Notes: a model not told the origin generated them from the letters alone. 64,000 nt of DNA from Ignavibacteriota bacterium (GCA_003820375.1 RPQH01000008.1:8567-72566); one strand, 5' to 3'. Counted from the stretch's first letter, positions 47,328-57,032 are shown. Made by a program: numbers and translations.

Positions 47328-47540
47328 TTCCCAAATACCAAAGCAAAGAATAATAAATAAAAATGAACCACAAAGACACTAAGCAAAAGAGAAATTGAAT
47401 TATTAAGTAAAGATGTTGAATTGATAAAAACAGTCTTACATGAACAATATTTAACTTAGCAGCTTTGTGACTTAGCAGTAAAAGATGTTTGAAAGATATT
47501 GAAATTTAAAAAATAGAAGTAAATTTAAAATTACAAAATC

Positions 47541-48527
47541 ATGTCTAAACCAAAACTTGCATTATATTGGGCTTCATCTTGCGGCGGATGTGAGATAGCT
47601 GTAGTAGATCTGGAAGCAAAAATTCTTGATGTAGCCGGTTTCTTTGAAATTGTGTTATGGCCTTGTGTAATGGATTTTAAATATAAAGATATTGAAGCAC
47701 TGCCTGACGGCGATATTACACTCTGCCTGTTCAACGGAGCAATAAGAACTTCCGAGAATGAACATCTTGCAAAAATGCTCAGGGCAAAATCTAAAGTAAT
47801 GGTTGCTTTCGGCTCATGTGCAGGTGACGGAGCTATTCCTTCATTAGCTAATTTCTACGATAAGGACTCTATATACGAATACGTTTTCAAAACATGTCCT
47901 TCACTGGAAGAATCATCCAGGGGTGTTTATCCGGAGACTAAAACTACTATGCCCGAGGGTGAAATCGAAATACCGGTCTTCTGGGAAACGGTAAAAACAC
48001 TTGACCAGGTGATTGATGTTGATTATTATATTCCCGGCTGCCCGCCGCAGACATTTCAGATAGCAGCAGCAGTTGAAGCTGTAATTGATATTCTGCAGAA
48101 CGGTAAGCCGCTTCCTCCAAAGGGAACAGTATTAGGTGCCGGAGATAAAACATGCTGTGATGACTGCACCAGAGTAAAGAGCGAAAAGAAGATAAAAAAA
48201 TTCTACAGGCCGCAGGATATAATTACTGATCCCGAACAATGCCTGCTGGAGCAGGGTATTGTTTGCATGGGACCTGCTACACGCAATGGATGTGAAGCAT
48301 TATGCATGAAAGCAAACATGGGATGCAGAGGATGTTACGGACCTCCTGAAGGTGTGCTTGACCAGGGTGCCAAGATGGTTTCTGCTTTAAGCTCGGTCAT
48401 TGACGCTCAGAATCCTGAAGACGCAAAGAAAATAATAGATACCATTGCAGATCCGCTTGGTACATTTTACAGGTTTTCAATGGCTTCATCAATATTAAGA
48501 AGAGTACAGAAAAAAAATAACAAGTAA
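47541..48527 (+). CDS. mvhG: [NiFe]-hydrogenase small subunit (group 3, Mvh/F420-non-reducing type)
   Basis: 328-aa ORF with WASSCGGCEI, PGCPP and a C-terminal CMGPATRNGCEALC..GCRGCYGP. Confidence 0.88.
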   Translation: MSKPKLALYWASSCGGCEIAVVDLEAKILDVAGFFEIVLWPCVMDFKYKDIEALPDGDITLCLFNGAIRTSENEHLAKMLRAKSKVMVAFGSCAGDGAIPSLANFYDKDSIYEYVFKTCPSLEESSRGVYPETKTTMPEGEIEIPVFWETVKTLDQVIDVDYYIPGCPPQTFQIAAAVEAVIDILQNGKPLPPKGTVLGAGDKTCCDDCTRVKSEKKIKKFYRPQDIITDPEQCLLEQGIVCMGPATRNGCEALCMKANMGCRGCYGPPEGVLDQGAKMVSALSSVIDAQNPEDAKKIIDTIADPLGTFYRFSMASSILRRVQKKNNK

Positions 48528-48545
48528 ACTTTATTATCTAATACA

Positions 48546-50021
48546 ATGAGACAAATAAAAATTGACCCAGTAACAAGATTAGAAGGACATGGCAAAATAG
48601 ACATTTTTGTAAATGATGAGGGTAACGTTGAGAATTGTTATTTTCAGGTTCCCGAGTTAAGAGGATTCGAGAAATTTGCCCAGGGACGCCCGGTAGAAGA
48701 AATGCCAAGAATAACGACAAGAATTTGCGGTGTATGCCCTGAAGCTCATCATATGGCAGCCGCCAAAGCATGTGATGCTGTCTATAAAGTAAAAATTCCT
48801 TCTGCAGGAAAAAAACTGAGAGAACTGCTTTATAATGTATTTTATACAACCGACCATACGGTTCACTTTTATGCACTTGGCGGACCGGATTTTGTTGTTG
48901 GTCCCGATGCTCCTGCAGCAGAAAGAAACATTATTGGTGTGATAAACAAAGTAGGTTTGGAAGTAGGCGGCAAGGTAATAAAGCTCAGGTCTATGTGCCA
49001 GGAGATAATCCAGATGCTCGGCGGAAAGAAAATCCACCAGGTTGCAGCTATTCCCGGCGGCGTATCAAGAGGAATTAACAACGAAGAAAGAGATAAGATT
49101 AAAGAATATTCTAAATATTTTGTGGATTTCGGACAATTTACTTTTAAGATATTCGAAGACATAGTTCTGAAGAACAAAGCATATGTTGATATGATACTTT
49201 CCGACCCGTTTGTACATAAGACATATTACATGGGAATGGTAGATGAGAATAACCAGGTAAACTTCTACGATGGAAAAGTTAAGGTTGTTGATCCTGACGG
49301 AAACGAATTCTGCAAATACAGTCCAGAAGATTATCTAAAGCATATTACTGAACATACTGAGAAATGGAGCTATTTAAAATACCCGTATCTTAAGAACGTG
49401 GGATGGAAGGGATTTGTTGACGGAAAAGACAGCGGTGTTTACCGTGCAACCCCTCTTTCAAGATTGAACGTTACAAATGGAATGCCCACTCCCCTTGCTC
49501 AGGCAGAATATGAAAAATATTTTGAGACATTAACAGGCGACAAGTCAGGAAAGAAACCGGTTCACCACACACTTGCAACACACTGGGCAAGAATAATCGA
49601 GCTTCAGTATGCAGCAGAGAAGGTTGTGGAATTGATTAATGACCCTGAGATAACTTCACCTGATTACAGAGCTATTCCAACTGAAATTCCTACCGAAGGA
49701 ATTGGAATAGTAGAAGCTCCAAGAGGAACTTTGACACATCATTACAAAACCGATGAAAGAGGAATTGTAACTGAAGCCAACTTAATTGTTGGAACAACAA
49801 ACAACCATGCTGCAATTTCAATGTCAATTAAAAAAGCAGCACAGGGATTAATACACAAAGGTGTTGAAATTACCGATGGTGTATTGAACAGGATAGAAAT
49901 GGCATTCAGAGCATATGACCCGTGTTTCGGATGTGCAACACATTCCTTACCGGGAGAGATGCCGATAGAACTAAATATAAGAAATTCTGAAGGCGAGATA
50001 ATACAGACAGCTAAGAGATAA
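48546..50021 (+). CDS. mvhA: [NiFe]-hydrogenase large subunit (group 3, Mvh type)
   Basis: 491-aa ORF. N-terminal RICGVCPEAHH and C-terminal DPCFGCATH are followed by a 25-aa cleavable extension. Confidence 0.92.
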   Translation: MRQIKIDPVTRLEGHGKIDIFVNDEGNVENCYFQVPELRGFEKFAQGRPVEEMPRITTRICGVCPEAHHMAAAKACDAVYKVKIPSAGKKLRELLYNVFYTTDHTVHFYALGGPDFVVGPDAPAAERNIIGVINKVGLEVGGKVIKLRSMCQEIIQMLGGKKIHQVAAIPGGVSRGINNEERDKIKEYSKYFVDFGQFTFKIFEDIVLKNKAYVDMILSDPFVHKTYYMGMVDENNQVNFYDGKVKVVDPDGNEFCKYSPEDYLKHITEHTEKWSYLKYPYLKNVGWKGFVDGKDSGVYRATPLSRLNVTNGMPTPLAQAEYEKYFETLTGDKSGKKPVHHTLATHWARIIELQYAAEKVVELINDPEITSPDYRAIPTEIPTEGIGIVEAPRGTLTHHYKTDERGIVTEANLIVGTTNNHAAISMSIKKAAQGLIHKGVEITDGVLNRIEMAFRAYDPCFGCATHSLPGEMPIELNIRNSEGEIIQTAKR

Positions 50022-50065
50022 ATTTAATAACTTTACATTAACTTTTTTTGTTAATATTATAAGAG

Positions 50066-50251
50066 TTGAAATTTCAGGCATTGGTAAAATTATTGGAAAA
50101 AGATGGATGGTTTATGGTCAGGCAAAAAGGAAGTCATAGACAATACCATCATCCGGCAAAAAAGGGTACTGTTACAATTGCCGGTAAGCCAAATGATGAC
50201 GTACCAACAGGTACATTAAACAATATATTAAAACAAGCACAACTGAAATAA
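50066..50251 (+). CDS. hicA: HicA mRNA-interferase toxin
   Basis: 61-aa ORF with TTG start and KLLEKDGW..VRQKGSHRQYHHP signature. Confidence 0.85.
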   Translation: MKFQALVKLLEKDGWFMVRQKGSHRQYHHPAKKGTVTIAGKPNDDVPTGTLNNILKQAQLK

Positions 50252-50252
50252 C

Positions 50253-50474
50253 ATGGAATATCTTATAATAATAGAAAAATCAAAGACCGGATATAGCGCT
50301 TATCCACCCGACTTACCAGGTGTAGGAGTAACCGGAAAGACAAAAAAATTAGTACTTGCACTTATAAAAGAAGCCATAGAATTCCATTTAGAAGATATTT
50401 ATTCAAGCGGGAAAAAAATTCCTAAACCTAAAAATGAGGCTGCTACTGTTACAGTAAAAATTAAGGCTGCATAG
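50253..50474 (+). CDS. hicB: HicB antitoxin
   Basis: 73-aa ORF starting 1 nt after hicA. YSAYPPDLPGVGVTG..EAIEFHLE is the UPF0150/HicB N-domain pattern. Confidence 0.8.
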   Translation: MEYLIIIEKSKTGYSAYPPDLPGVGVTGKTKKLVLALIKEAIEFHLEDIYSSGKKIPKPKNEAATVTVKIKAA

Positions 50475-50503
50475 TAACTCATTTAGCTAAAAAATTATTT
50501 CTA

Positions 50504-50573
50504 CTGTCAGTGTCTCTTTACCGATTTACTTTAACAAGAAAATTGAAATAAAGAACACTGACAGATTTTTTTT
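50504..50573 (+). terminator. Long-loop hairpin + T-run (CTGYCAGTGT family)
   Basis: ctgtcagtgt (50504-50513) pairs with acactgacag (50555-50564), followed by atttttttt. Confidence 0.5.
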
Positions 50574-50728
50574 AAACTCTTCTGCTGTCTTTATTTATAC
50601 CAGTCCGTCAAGTTTGATAAGAAACAATATCAGACCTTTATTATTAGGCTCTATAAATGAGTTTTTCTCTAAATTATTTGTTCATATTTTTGTATAAGAA
50701 TAATTCACATATATAAATTATAATATAA

Positions 50729-51208
50729 ATGGCCGCACATCCCAAAATTTCTGTAATAGCGCTGGGGAACGACAAAATGGGCGATGATGCTGCAGCATTG
50801 ATTGCAGCAAGAGACCTTCAAAAAAAATACGGCTCACAAATAACAGTTTTAGAAATTCCGGTTGCCGGGTTTGGATTGTTTGATAAGATAAAGGATTACG
50901 ATAAGGTTTTAATACTTGATTCAATATCAACAAATCATAACAAGCCGGGCACAATCATAAAGCTTCACAAAAGTGATATAACCAAAATCCTTTCATGGTC
51001 ACCCCATTATGTTGGCATGCCTGAGATATTTAAGTTTGCCGAACAGATGCAGATAAGATTTCCTGAGGACCTGCAAATACTTGCCGTAAAGATAGAAGAC
51101 CCTTACCGCATTGGAGAAGGAATGAGCGAAAGTGTAAAAAGTAAATTGCCTGAAATGGTTAATAAGGCATCTCAGATTGTGGATGAGTGGCTGGAAGAGC
51201 AAGAATAA
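50729..51208 (+). CDS. Hydrogenase maturation endopeptidase (HyaD/HoxW/FrhD family)
   Basis: 159-aa ORF with VIALGNDKMGDDAAALIAA signature. Confidence 0.85.
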   Translation: MAAHPKISVIALGNDKMGDDAAALIAARDLQKKYGSQITVLEIPVAGFGLFDKIKDYDKVLILDSISTNHNKPGTIIKLHKSDITKILSWSPHYVGMPEIFKFAEQMQIRFPEDLQILAVKIEDPYRIGEGMSESVKSKLPEMVNKASQIVDEWLEEQE

Positions 51209-51211
51209 AAA

Positions 51212-51502
51212 TTATTTATAAATATTTCCTCTGAAATCAATTCCCAGAATTAAAATTTCTTTAAGTTTACTGTCGTATTTAAAAATAATTCGAATTTACC
51301 CGACTCTTAATCTTAAATATCCTTCCCAGGTTCCCTTTAATCTTTTAATATCCAGTTCTTTTATAGGAAGGATACTAAATTCCGAAATATAATTATTAAG
51401 AAATATTATCTTCTCCTTTATCTTGCTTTTCTCTTTATTTGTAATCGAATCTAAAAATTTTAATGATGAATCACTAAATTTAACTTTTAACCCATTATCC
51501 AT
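51212..51502 (-). pseudogene. RelE/ParE-family toxin gene interrupted by an in-frame TAA
   Basis: The 68-codon ORF ends ..GYLRLRVG*. The same frame continues IRIIFKYDSKLKEILILGIDFRGNIYK*, reconstituting the family pattern RxRxG-x-xRIIF...I..I..R...Y. Confidence 0.6.
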
Positions 51503-51699
51503 TTGGTCATGTCTTTAAATTTCTTGGAGTCATAGTCTTTGGGCTCCCCAAACCTTTTAATTATATCATCCATTTCCTTTTTACTTACAGTAGGAAGTAA
51601 TATCTCTAAAAGTTTATTTCTTTCTTCATTAATTACAGATCTCACACTATCAGTAATTAATTGCATTAATTCAGATTTATTTATATTAATCTTATCCAT
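51487..51699 (-). CDS. Putative antitoxin upstream of the RelE-like gene
   Basis: 70-aa ORF overlapping the toxin start by 16 nt. No family was recognised; the call rests on position. Confidence 0.4.
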   Translation of the reverse strand: MDKININKSELMQLITDSVRSVINEERNKLLEILLPTVSKKEMDDIIKRFGEPKDYDSKKFKDMTKWIMG

Positions 51700-51990
51700 T
51701 CGATATTGTTTCTTAAAAAATAGAAAAAAAATTCAAAATAAAACACCTATTTGTATTGACAATATTGGTAACATTTTTCAATTCTTTATTGTCTCAACCA
51801 GTACTGCTGTTGTTGAATTTTCCTTTATAACCTTTTATTTCTTTCTAAAAATTACGGATATCTCTATAACCGGCATATTTATAATACTTTACAGCAACTA
51901 TATATCTTTAATCTAACGTTACAAACATGACATAAATCATAGGTAAAAAACAGCTTATTTCTTATTTTTGTACATACAAATTGTGTCATC

Positions 51991-52350
51991 ATGCATGAAC
52001 TTTCTATTGCACAAAACATACTTGAGATAGTGCATCAATACGTGCCGGCTGAAGAGCTTGAGAACGTTGAATTTGTTAAAGTGAAGGTCGGTGAAGTGGC
52101 AGGTGTTGTAACCGACTCTCTCACTTTTGGATTTGAAGCTATTACTGCAGGAACATCTCTTAACAATGCAAAACTTGCCGTCGAAAATATTCCGTTTAAA
52201 GTACAATGCAATTTATGCAGTAAAATATTTTCCAATGAATTTGGAATTACAATTTGTCCATTATGCAATAGTTCAAACACAAAAATTTTATCGGGCATGG
52301 AACTTCAGGTAACTGAAGTTCTGCTCAAAGAAAATGAAGAAGAACAATGA
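51991..52350 (+). CDS. hypA: Hydrogenase nickel-insertion protein HypA
   Basis: 119-aa ORF with MHELSIAQNILE and CNLC...CPLC zinc site. Confidence 0.92.
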   Translation: MHELSIAQNILEIVHQYVPAEELENVEFVKVKVGEVAGVVTDSLTFGFEAITAGTSLNNAKLAVENIPFKVQCNLCSKIFSNEFGITICPLCNSSNTKILSGMELQVTEVLLKENEEEQ

Positions 52351-52997
52351 GTGTAATAACAATTGAAAGAAAAGTCCTTGAAAAAAATGATGAAATAGCA
52401 TCACAGAACAGGGCGCTGTTAAAAGAGAATAAAATATTTACAATCAATCTTGTAAGCTCTCCCGGCTCAGGAAAGACATCATTGCTTGAAAAAACTTTTG
52501 AGCATTTTTCTGGTAAAGTAAAAACAGCAGTAATAGAAGGTGATGTGCAGACAAACCTTGATGCAGAGCGTGTTGCTAAATACAATGTTCCTGTTGTTCA
52601 AATTGTAACAAACGGTGCCTGCCATCTTGAAGCTAAGCTTGTGAAAGATGCATTAGAAAGCTTAAACCTGAAAGACGTCCATTTATTATTTATTGAAAAC
52701 GTAGGGAATCTTGTTTGTCCTGCAGCTTATGACCTGGGTGAGGATATGAAAGTTGTAATCGCAAGCACGACCGAAGGCGACGATAAACCGTTAAAATATC
52801 CGAGAATGTTCCTGAATGCATCAGTTTTGTTAATTAATAAAATTGACCTGCTTCCCTATCTTGACTGCAGTTTAGAAGAGCTTAAGAAGAATGCTCTTTC
52901 GATAAATCCTGCATTGAAAGTATTTACAGTATCCGGCAGGACCGGCAAAGGGGTTAAAGAATGGTGTTCGTGGCTTGAAAGCAATATAATAAAATGA
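52347..52997 (+). CDS. hypB: Hydrogenase nickel-incorporation GTPase HypB
   Basis: 216-aa ORF with SSPGSGKTS P-loop, ENVGNLVCP and NKIDL. Confidence 0.92.
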   Translation: MSVITIERKVLEKNDEIASQNRALLKENKIFTINLVSSPGSGKTSLLEKTFEHFSGKVKTAVIEGDVQTNLDAERVAKYNVPVVQIVTNGACHLEAKLVKDALESLNLKDVHLLFIENVGNLVCPAAYDLGEDMKVVIASTTEGDDKPLKYPRMFLNASVLLINKIDLLPYLDCSLEELKKNALSINPALKVFTVSGRTGKGVKEWCSWLESNIIK

Positions 52998-55276
52998 AGG
53001 AACGTGTTAAAATATCAATTCAGGGTGCTGTACAGGGGGTCGGGTTCCGGCCTTTTGTGTTTAACCTTGCATCCGAATTGCAGCTCAATGGCTGGGTTTT
53101 AAATTCATCCGAAGGAGTTTTTATAGAAGCTGAAGGTGAAAAAGATATATTGGAAAAATTTATTTTCAGGCTGGATAAGGATAAACCTGCTATTTCATTT
53201 ATTCAAAGCTTCGAAAGCTCATTTGTTGATTTCAAAGGTTACACAGATTTCAATATTATTCATAGCGAAAACAACGGAACCAAGACTGCACTAATTTTAC
53301 CTGATATTGCAATTTGCGATAAGTGCCTTGATGAAATTTTTAATTCCACAGATAGAAGATACTTATATCCGTTCACAAACTGCACTAACTGCGGACCACG
53401 GTTTAGTATAATCGAACAGTTGCCATATGACAGGTGCAACACAGCAATGAAGGTTTTTGAGATGTGTGATGAATGCAGAGAAGAGTATGAAAATCCAAAA
53501 GACAGGCGGTTTCACGCACAGCCAAATGCTTGTTCTAAGTGCGGTCCTCACGTTGAGCTGTGGAATAATGATGGCATAATTCTTTCGTTACATCAGGAAG
53601 CAATCGAAGAAACAGTAAAAGCAATTAAGGCGGGAAAGATAGCTGCAGTAAAAGGAATTGGCGGATTTCATTTGATTTGTGACGCAGGAAATGATGATGC
53701 TGTAAAAGAGTTAAGGAAACGTAAACAAAGGGAAGAGAAACCGCTGGCTTTAATGTATCCAAACATTGAAAGAGTTATTGAGGATTGTGAAGTGTCGGAA
53801 TTGGAAAAAAGATTGTTACTTTCTCCCGAATCACCTATTGTATTGCTGAAGAAGAAAGACAAACATACTACATTAGCAGATTCAATAGCTCCGGGAAATC
53901 CATATCTTGGCATAATGCTGCCATACACTCCGCTTCACCATATATTATTAAAAGAGTTTAATCTTCCTGTTGTAGCAACAAGCGGAAATTTATCGGATGA
54001 ACCAATCTGCATTGATAATAATGAAGCATTGGAAAGATTGAAATGTATTGCGGATATATTCCTTGTTCATAACAGGCCGATAAAACGCCATGTGGATGAT
54101 TCGATAGTAAGAGTAATAATGGATAGAGAAATGCTTGTCCGCCGTGCAAGAGGTTATGCTCCACTGCCGGTAAGAATGAATGAATCTATGCCAAAGTTAA
54201 TTGCTGTTGGTGCACATTTAAAAAATACCATTGCAGTTTCGTCAGATAAAAATGTATTTATCTCTCAGCATATTGGTGACCTTGAAACACCCGAAGCATA
54301 TACTGCATTTGAAAACGTTATTGATGACCTGTCAAATATGTATGAGATAAAACCCGAAGCAATTGCCTGTGATATACATCCCGATTACCTTTCTTCAAAG
54401 TATGCTAATTCAAGGGATATTAAGGTAATACCTGTTCAGCATCATTATGCACACATCATTTCATGCATGGCTGAAAATGAAGTTGAGGGTAATGCACTTG
54501 GAGTATCATGGGATGGAACAGGGTTGGGAACCGATGGTACTATATGGGGCGGCGAATTTTTGAAAATAAATGAAGATGGATTTAAAAGATTTGCCCATTT
54601 AGCAACATTCAAATTACCCGGCGGCGATAAAGCTATAAAAGAAATTTGGCGTATTAAAGCCGGAGTATTATATGAGATGTTTGGCGAAGAATGTTTTGAT
54701 AAATATGCATATTTGTTTAAAAATATTAAGGAGAATGAGCTGAATGTTGTTAAGAAAATGCTGATGAATGACATTAACTCTCCTTATACATCCAGTGCAG
54801 GAAGATTGTTTGATGCTGTGGCTTCATTGACAGGAATAAGTGACAAAGCAAATTTCGAAGGACAGGCAGCTATGAATCTGGAGTTTGATATAGGAAATAC
54901 AAAAACAGATGATGTTTACCAGCAAATGGTCATGGAATGTAACAATATGTTAACAATTGATTGGACATTTATGATTGAAGAAATAATAAATGATATCAAA
55001 GAGAAAGATATTCCATACATTTCTGCTAAGTTTCACAATACACTTGCAGAAATTATATTTTCTATAGCTCAATTATCAAATGAAGAAAAAATTGTGTTAT
55101 CAGGCGGATGTTTCCAGAATAAATACTTAACTGAAAAAACAATTAACTTGCTTAAAAATAACGGATTTAAGGTTTATTGGCATCAGAGGGTTCCGCCAAA
55201 TGACGGTGGAATTTCATTAGGACAGTTAACAGCAGCCGCAAAACAAATTAATAAGGAGAAAGAAAAATGTGCTTAG
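52994..55276 (+). CDS. hypF: Carbamoyltransferase HypF
   Basis: 760-aa ORF with an acylphosphatase-like N-terminus, two zinc-finger pairs (CDKC..CTNCGPRF; CDEC..CSKCGP), and YrdC- and Kae1-like domains. Confidence 0.95.
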   Translation: MKERVKISIQGAVQGVGFRPFVFNLASELQLNGWVLNSSEGVFIEAEGEKDILEKFIFRLDKDKPAISFIQSFESSFVDFKGYTDFNIIHSENNGTKTALILPDIAICDKCLDEIFNSTDRRYLYPFTNCTNCGPRFSIIEQLPYDRCNTAMKVFEMCDECREEYENPKDRRFHAQPNACSKCGPHVELWNNDGIILSLHQEAIEETVKAIKAGKIAAVKGIGGFHLICDAGNDDAVKELRKRKQREEKPLALMYPNIERVIEDCEVSELEKRLLLSPESPIVLLKKKDKHTTLADSIAPGNPYLGIMLPYTPLHHILLKEFNLPVVATSGNLSDEPICIDNNEALERLKCIADIFLVHNRPIKRHVDDSIVRVIMDREMLVRRARGYAPLPVRMNESMPKLIAVGAHLKNTIAVSSDKNVFISQHIGDLETPEAYTAFENVIDDLSNMYEIKPEAIACDIHPDYLSSKYANSRDIKVIPVQHHYAHIISCMAENEVEGNALGVSWDGTGLGTDGTIWGGEFLKINEDGFKRFAHLATFKLPGGDKAIKEIWRIKAGVLYEMFGEECFDKYAYLFKNIKENELNVVKKMLMNDINSPYTSSAGRLFDAVASLTGISDKANFEGQAAMNLEFDIGNTKTDDVYQQMVMECNNMLTIDWTFMIEEIINDIKEKDIPYISAKFHNTLAEIIFSIAQLSNEEKIVLSGGCFQNKYLTEKTINLLKNNGFKVYWHQRVPPNDGGISLGQLTAAAKQINKEKEKCA

Positions 55277-55524
55277 CAGTACCGGGTAAGATAATGAGTA
55301 TTACCCAGATTAATGAGTTTGAAAGAATGGGCAAAGTAAACTTCGGAGGCATAACGAAAGACATAAACCTGTCATATGTCCCCGAAGCAAAAGTGGATGA
55401 TTATGTTATTGTTCATGTCGGTTTTGCTCTCAGTGTAGTTGATGAAGAAGAAGCACAAAAAGTTTTTGAATATCTGAAGGAAATGGATGATATTGATGAA
55501 CTAAATGCAGATGAATCGAAATGA
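55267..55524 (+). CDS. hypC: Hydrogenase assembly chaperone HypC
   Basis: 85-aa ORF with N-terminal MCLAVPGKI. Confidence 0.92.
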   Translation: MCLAVPGKIMSITQINEFERMGKVNFGGITKDINLSYVPEAKVDDYVIVHVGFALSVVDEEEAQKVFEYLKEMDDIDELNADESK

Positions 55525-56618
55525 AATACATAGATGAATATAGAGATGCAGTATCCGCAAAGAAACTTGCTAATGCAATAACTGATATTACCACAAAGCA
55601 ATGGACGATCATGGAAATCTGCGGGGGGCAAACTCATTCTATAGTTAAATACGGAATTGATGAACTGCTCCCAAAGCAAATTACACTTGTACATGGACCC
55701 GGATGTCCTGTTTGTGTTACACCTATTGAGATAATTAATAAGGCAATTGAGATAGCTTCAAGAGAAAATGTGATTTTTTGCTCATTTGGCGATATGCTGC
55801 GTGTACCGGGGACAGAAAAGGATTTACTTTCAGTGAAGGCGTCAGGGGGTGATGTAAGAATTGTGTATTCACCTATGGATGCAGTAAAGCTTGCGGAAAG
55901 CAATCCTGACAAGGAAGTTGTATTCTTTGCTGTGGGATTTGAAACAACAGCACCCGCAAACGCAATGGCTGTATATAAGGCAAAAGAGCTTAAATTATCA
56001 AATTTTTCAATCCTGGTATCACATGTTTTAGTACCGCCTGCTATTGAAGCTATCCTTTCAGCACCGAACCACATTGTGCAGGGATTCCTTGCGGCAGGTC
56101 ATGTATGTACTGTTATGGGATATGAGGAGTACTTCCCTATTTCAGAAAAATACAAAGTGCCGATTGTAGTGACTGGTTTTGAACCTGTTGATATTTTACA
56201 TGGAATATATATGTGCATAAAACAGCTTGAAAATGGAAGATATGAGGTTGAAAACCAATATACACGATCTGTGAAAAAAGAAGGAAATACAGGTGCACAA
56301 AGCATAATTAAGAAGGTATTTAGGGTAGTTCATCGCAAATGGCGGGGAGTTGGAGAGATTCCTTACAGCGGATTAGGATTGAATGATGAATATATTGATT
56401 ATGATGCAGAAAGAAGGTTTAATCTGACTGAGATGACTACAGAAGAATCAAAGGACTGTATTGCAGGAGAAATTTTGCAGGGATTTAAGAAGCCTTTTGA
56501 ATGCACTGCTTTTGGCAATAAATGCACACCTGAGTTTCCTATTGGTGCTCCTATGGTTTCATCGGAGGGAGCTTGTGCAGCGTATTACCGTTATCGGAAG
56601 CTGGAGGTTAGAAGTTAG
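55521..56618 (+). CDS. hypD: Hydrogenase maturation factor HypD
   Basis: 365-aa ORF with GPGCPVCV and FETT motifs. The last codons (..EVRS*) are encoded by the gttagaa repeat. Confidence 0.95.
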   Translation: MKYIDEYRDAVSAKKLANAITDITTKQWTIMEICGGQTHSIVKYGIDELLPKQITLVHGPGCPVCVTPIEIINKAIEIASRENVIFCSFGDMLRVPGTEKDLLSVKASGGDVRIVYSPMDAVKLAESNPDKEVVFFAVGFETTAPANAMAVYKAKELKLSNFSILVSHVLVPPAIEAILSAPNHIVQGFLAAGHVCTVMGYEEYFPISEKYKVPIVVTGFEPVDILHGIYMCIKQLENGRYEVENQYTRSVKKEGNTGAQSIIKKVFRVVHRKWRGVGEIPYSGLGLNDEYIDYDAERRFNLTEMTTEESKDCIAGEILQGFKKPFECTAFGNKCTPEFPIGAPMVSSEGACAAYYRYRKLEVRS

Positions 56619-56633
56619 AAGTTAGAAGTTAGA
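56607..56633. repeat. Left arm: heptamer array (gttagaa x ~4)
   Basis: gttagaagttagaagttagaagttaga is the inverted partner of 57033-57062. Confidence 0.85.
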
Positions 56634-56669
56634 TTAAAAGTTTGTTTTTAATATATAACTACAATAAAA

Positions 56670-57032
56670 ATGATAAAGTCCTATAAAGATTTGAATGTAT
56701 ATCAGGCATCTTTTTCTGTAGCTATGGAAATATTTGAATTAACTAAAAAATTTCCAAGAGAAGAAATCTATTCTTTAACAGACCAAATAAGAAGATCTTC
56801 CAGATCTGTTACATCTAACATTGTTGAAGGATGGGCAATGCGGAGATATGAAAACGTTTTTAAAAGACATTTGGTCAATTCCCTCGGTTCCTGTGCTGAG
56901 ACAAGTGTATGGATAGAATTTGCATTTTAGTGTAAATATATAGAAGAAGAAACATTTAACTGCATTATTAATCAATGCAATGAAGTTGGTAAAATGTTGA
57001 ATTCTCTACATGATAATTGGAAATCATTTTAA
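56670..57032 (+). pseudogene. Four-helix-bundle protein (23S rRNA intervening-sequence protein family) with in-frame TAG
   Basis: 86 codons (YKDLNVYQ..REEIYSLTDQIRRSSRSVTSNIVEG..) end at TAG 56928-56930. The same frame continues CKYIEEETFNCIINQCNEVGKMLNSLHDNWKSF* to the family-typical length of ~120 aa. Confidence 0.7.

Noticed and set aside
45091-50021. Selenocysteine (in-frame TGA) in HdrA, MvhD or the [NiFe] large subunit
   Set aside because: All these ORFs are uninterrupted, and the relevant positions are encoded as Cys (for example DPCFGCATH).
51539-51916. 125-aa plus-strand ORF
   Set aside because: It is antisense to the putative antitoxin and then runs through an AT-rich promoter region. 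Its low-complexity Ile/Phe/Leu/Ser composition is typical of AT-rich shadow frames.
56928-56930. Stop-codon reassignment or readthrough (in-frame TAG here, in-frame TAA at 51296-51298)
   Set aside because: TAA and TAG terminate many well-supported genes in the window at the expected lengths (TAA in nifJ, hypA and mvhA; TAG in hydA and hypD). Both interrupted genes are dispensable selfish elements, so nonsense pseudogenes are the simpler reading.
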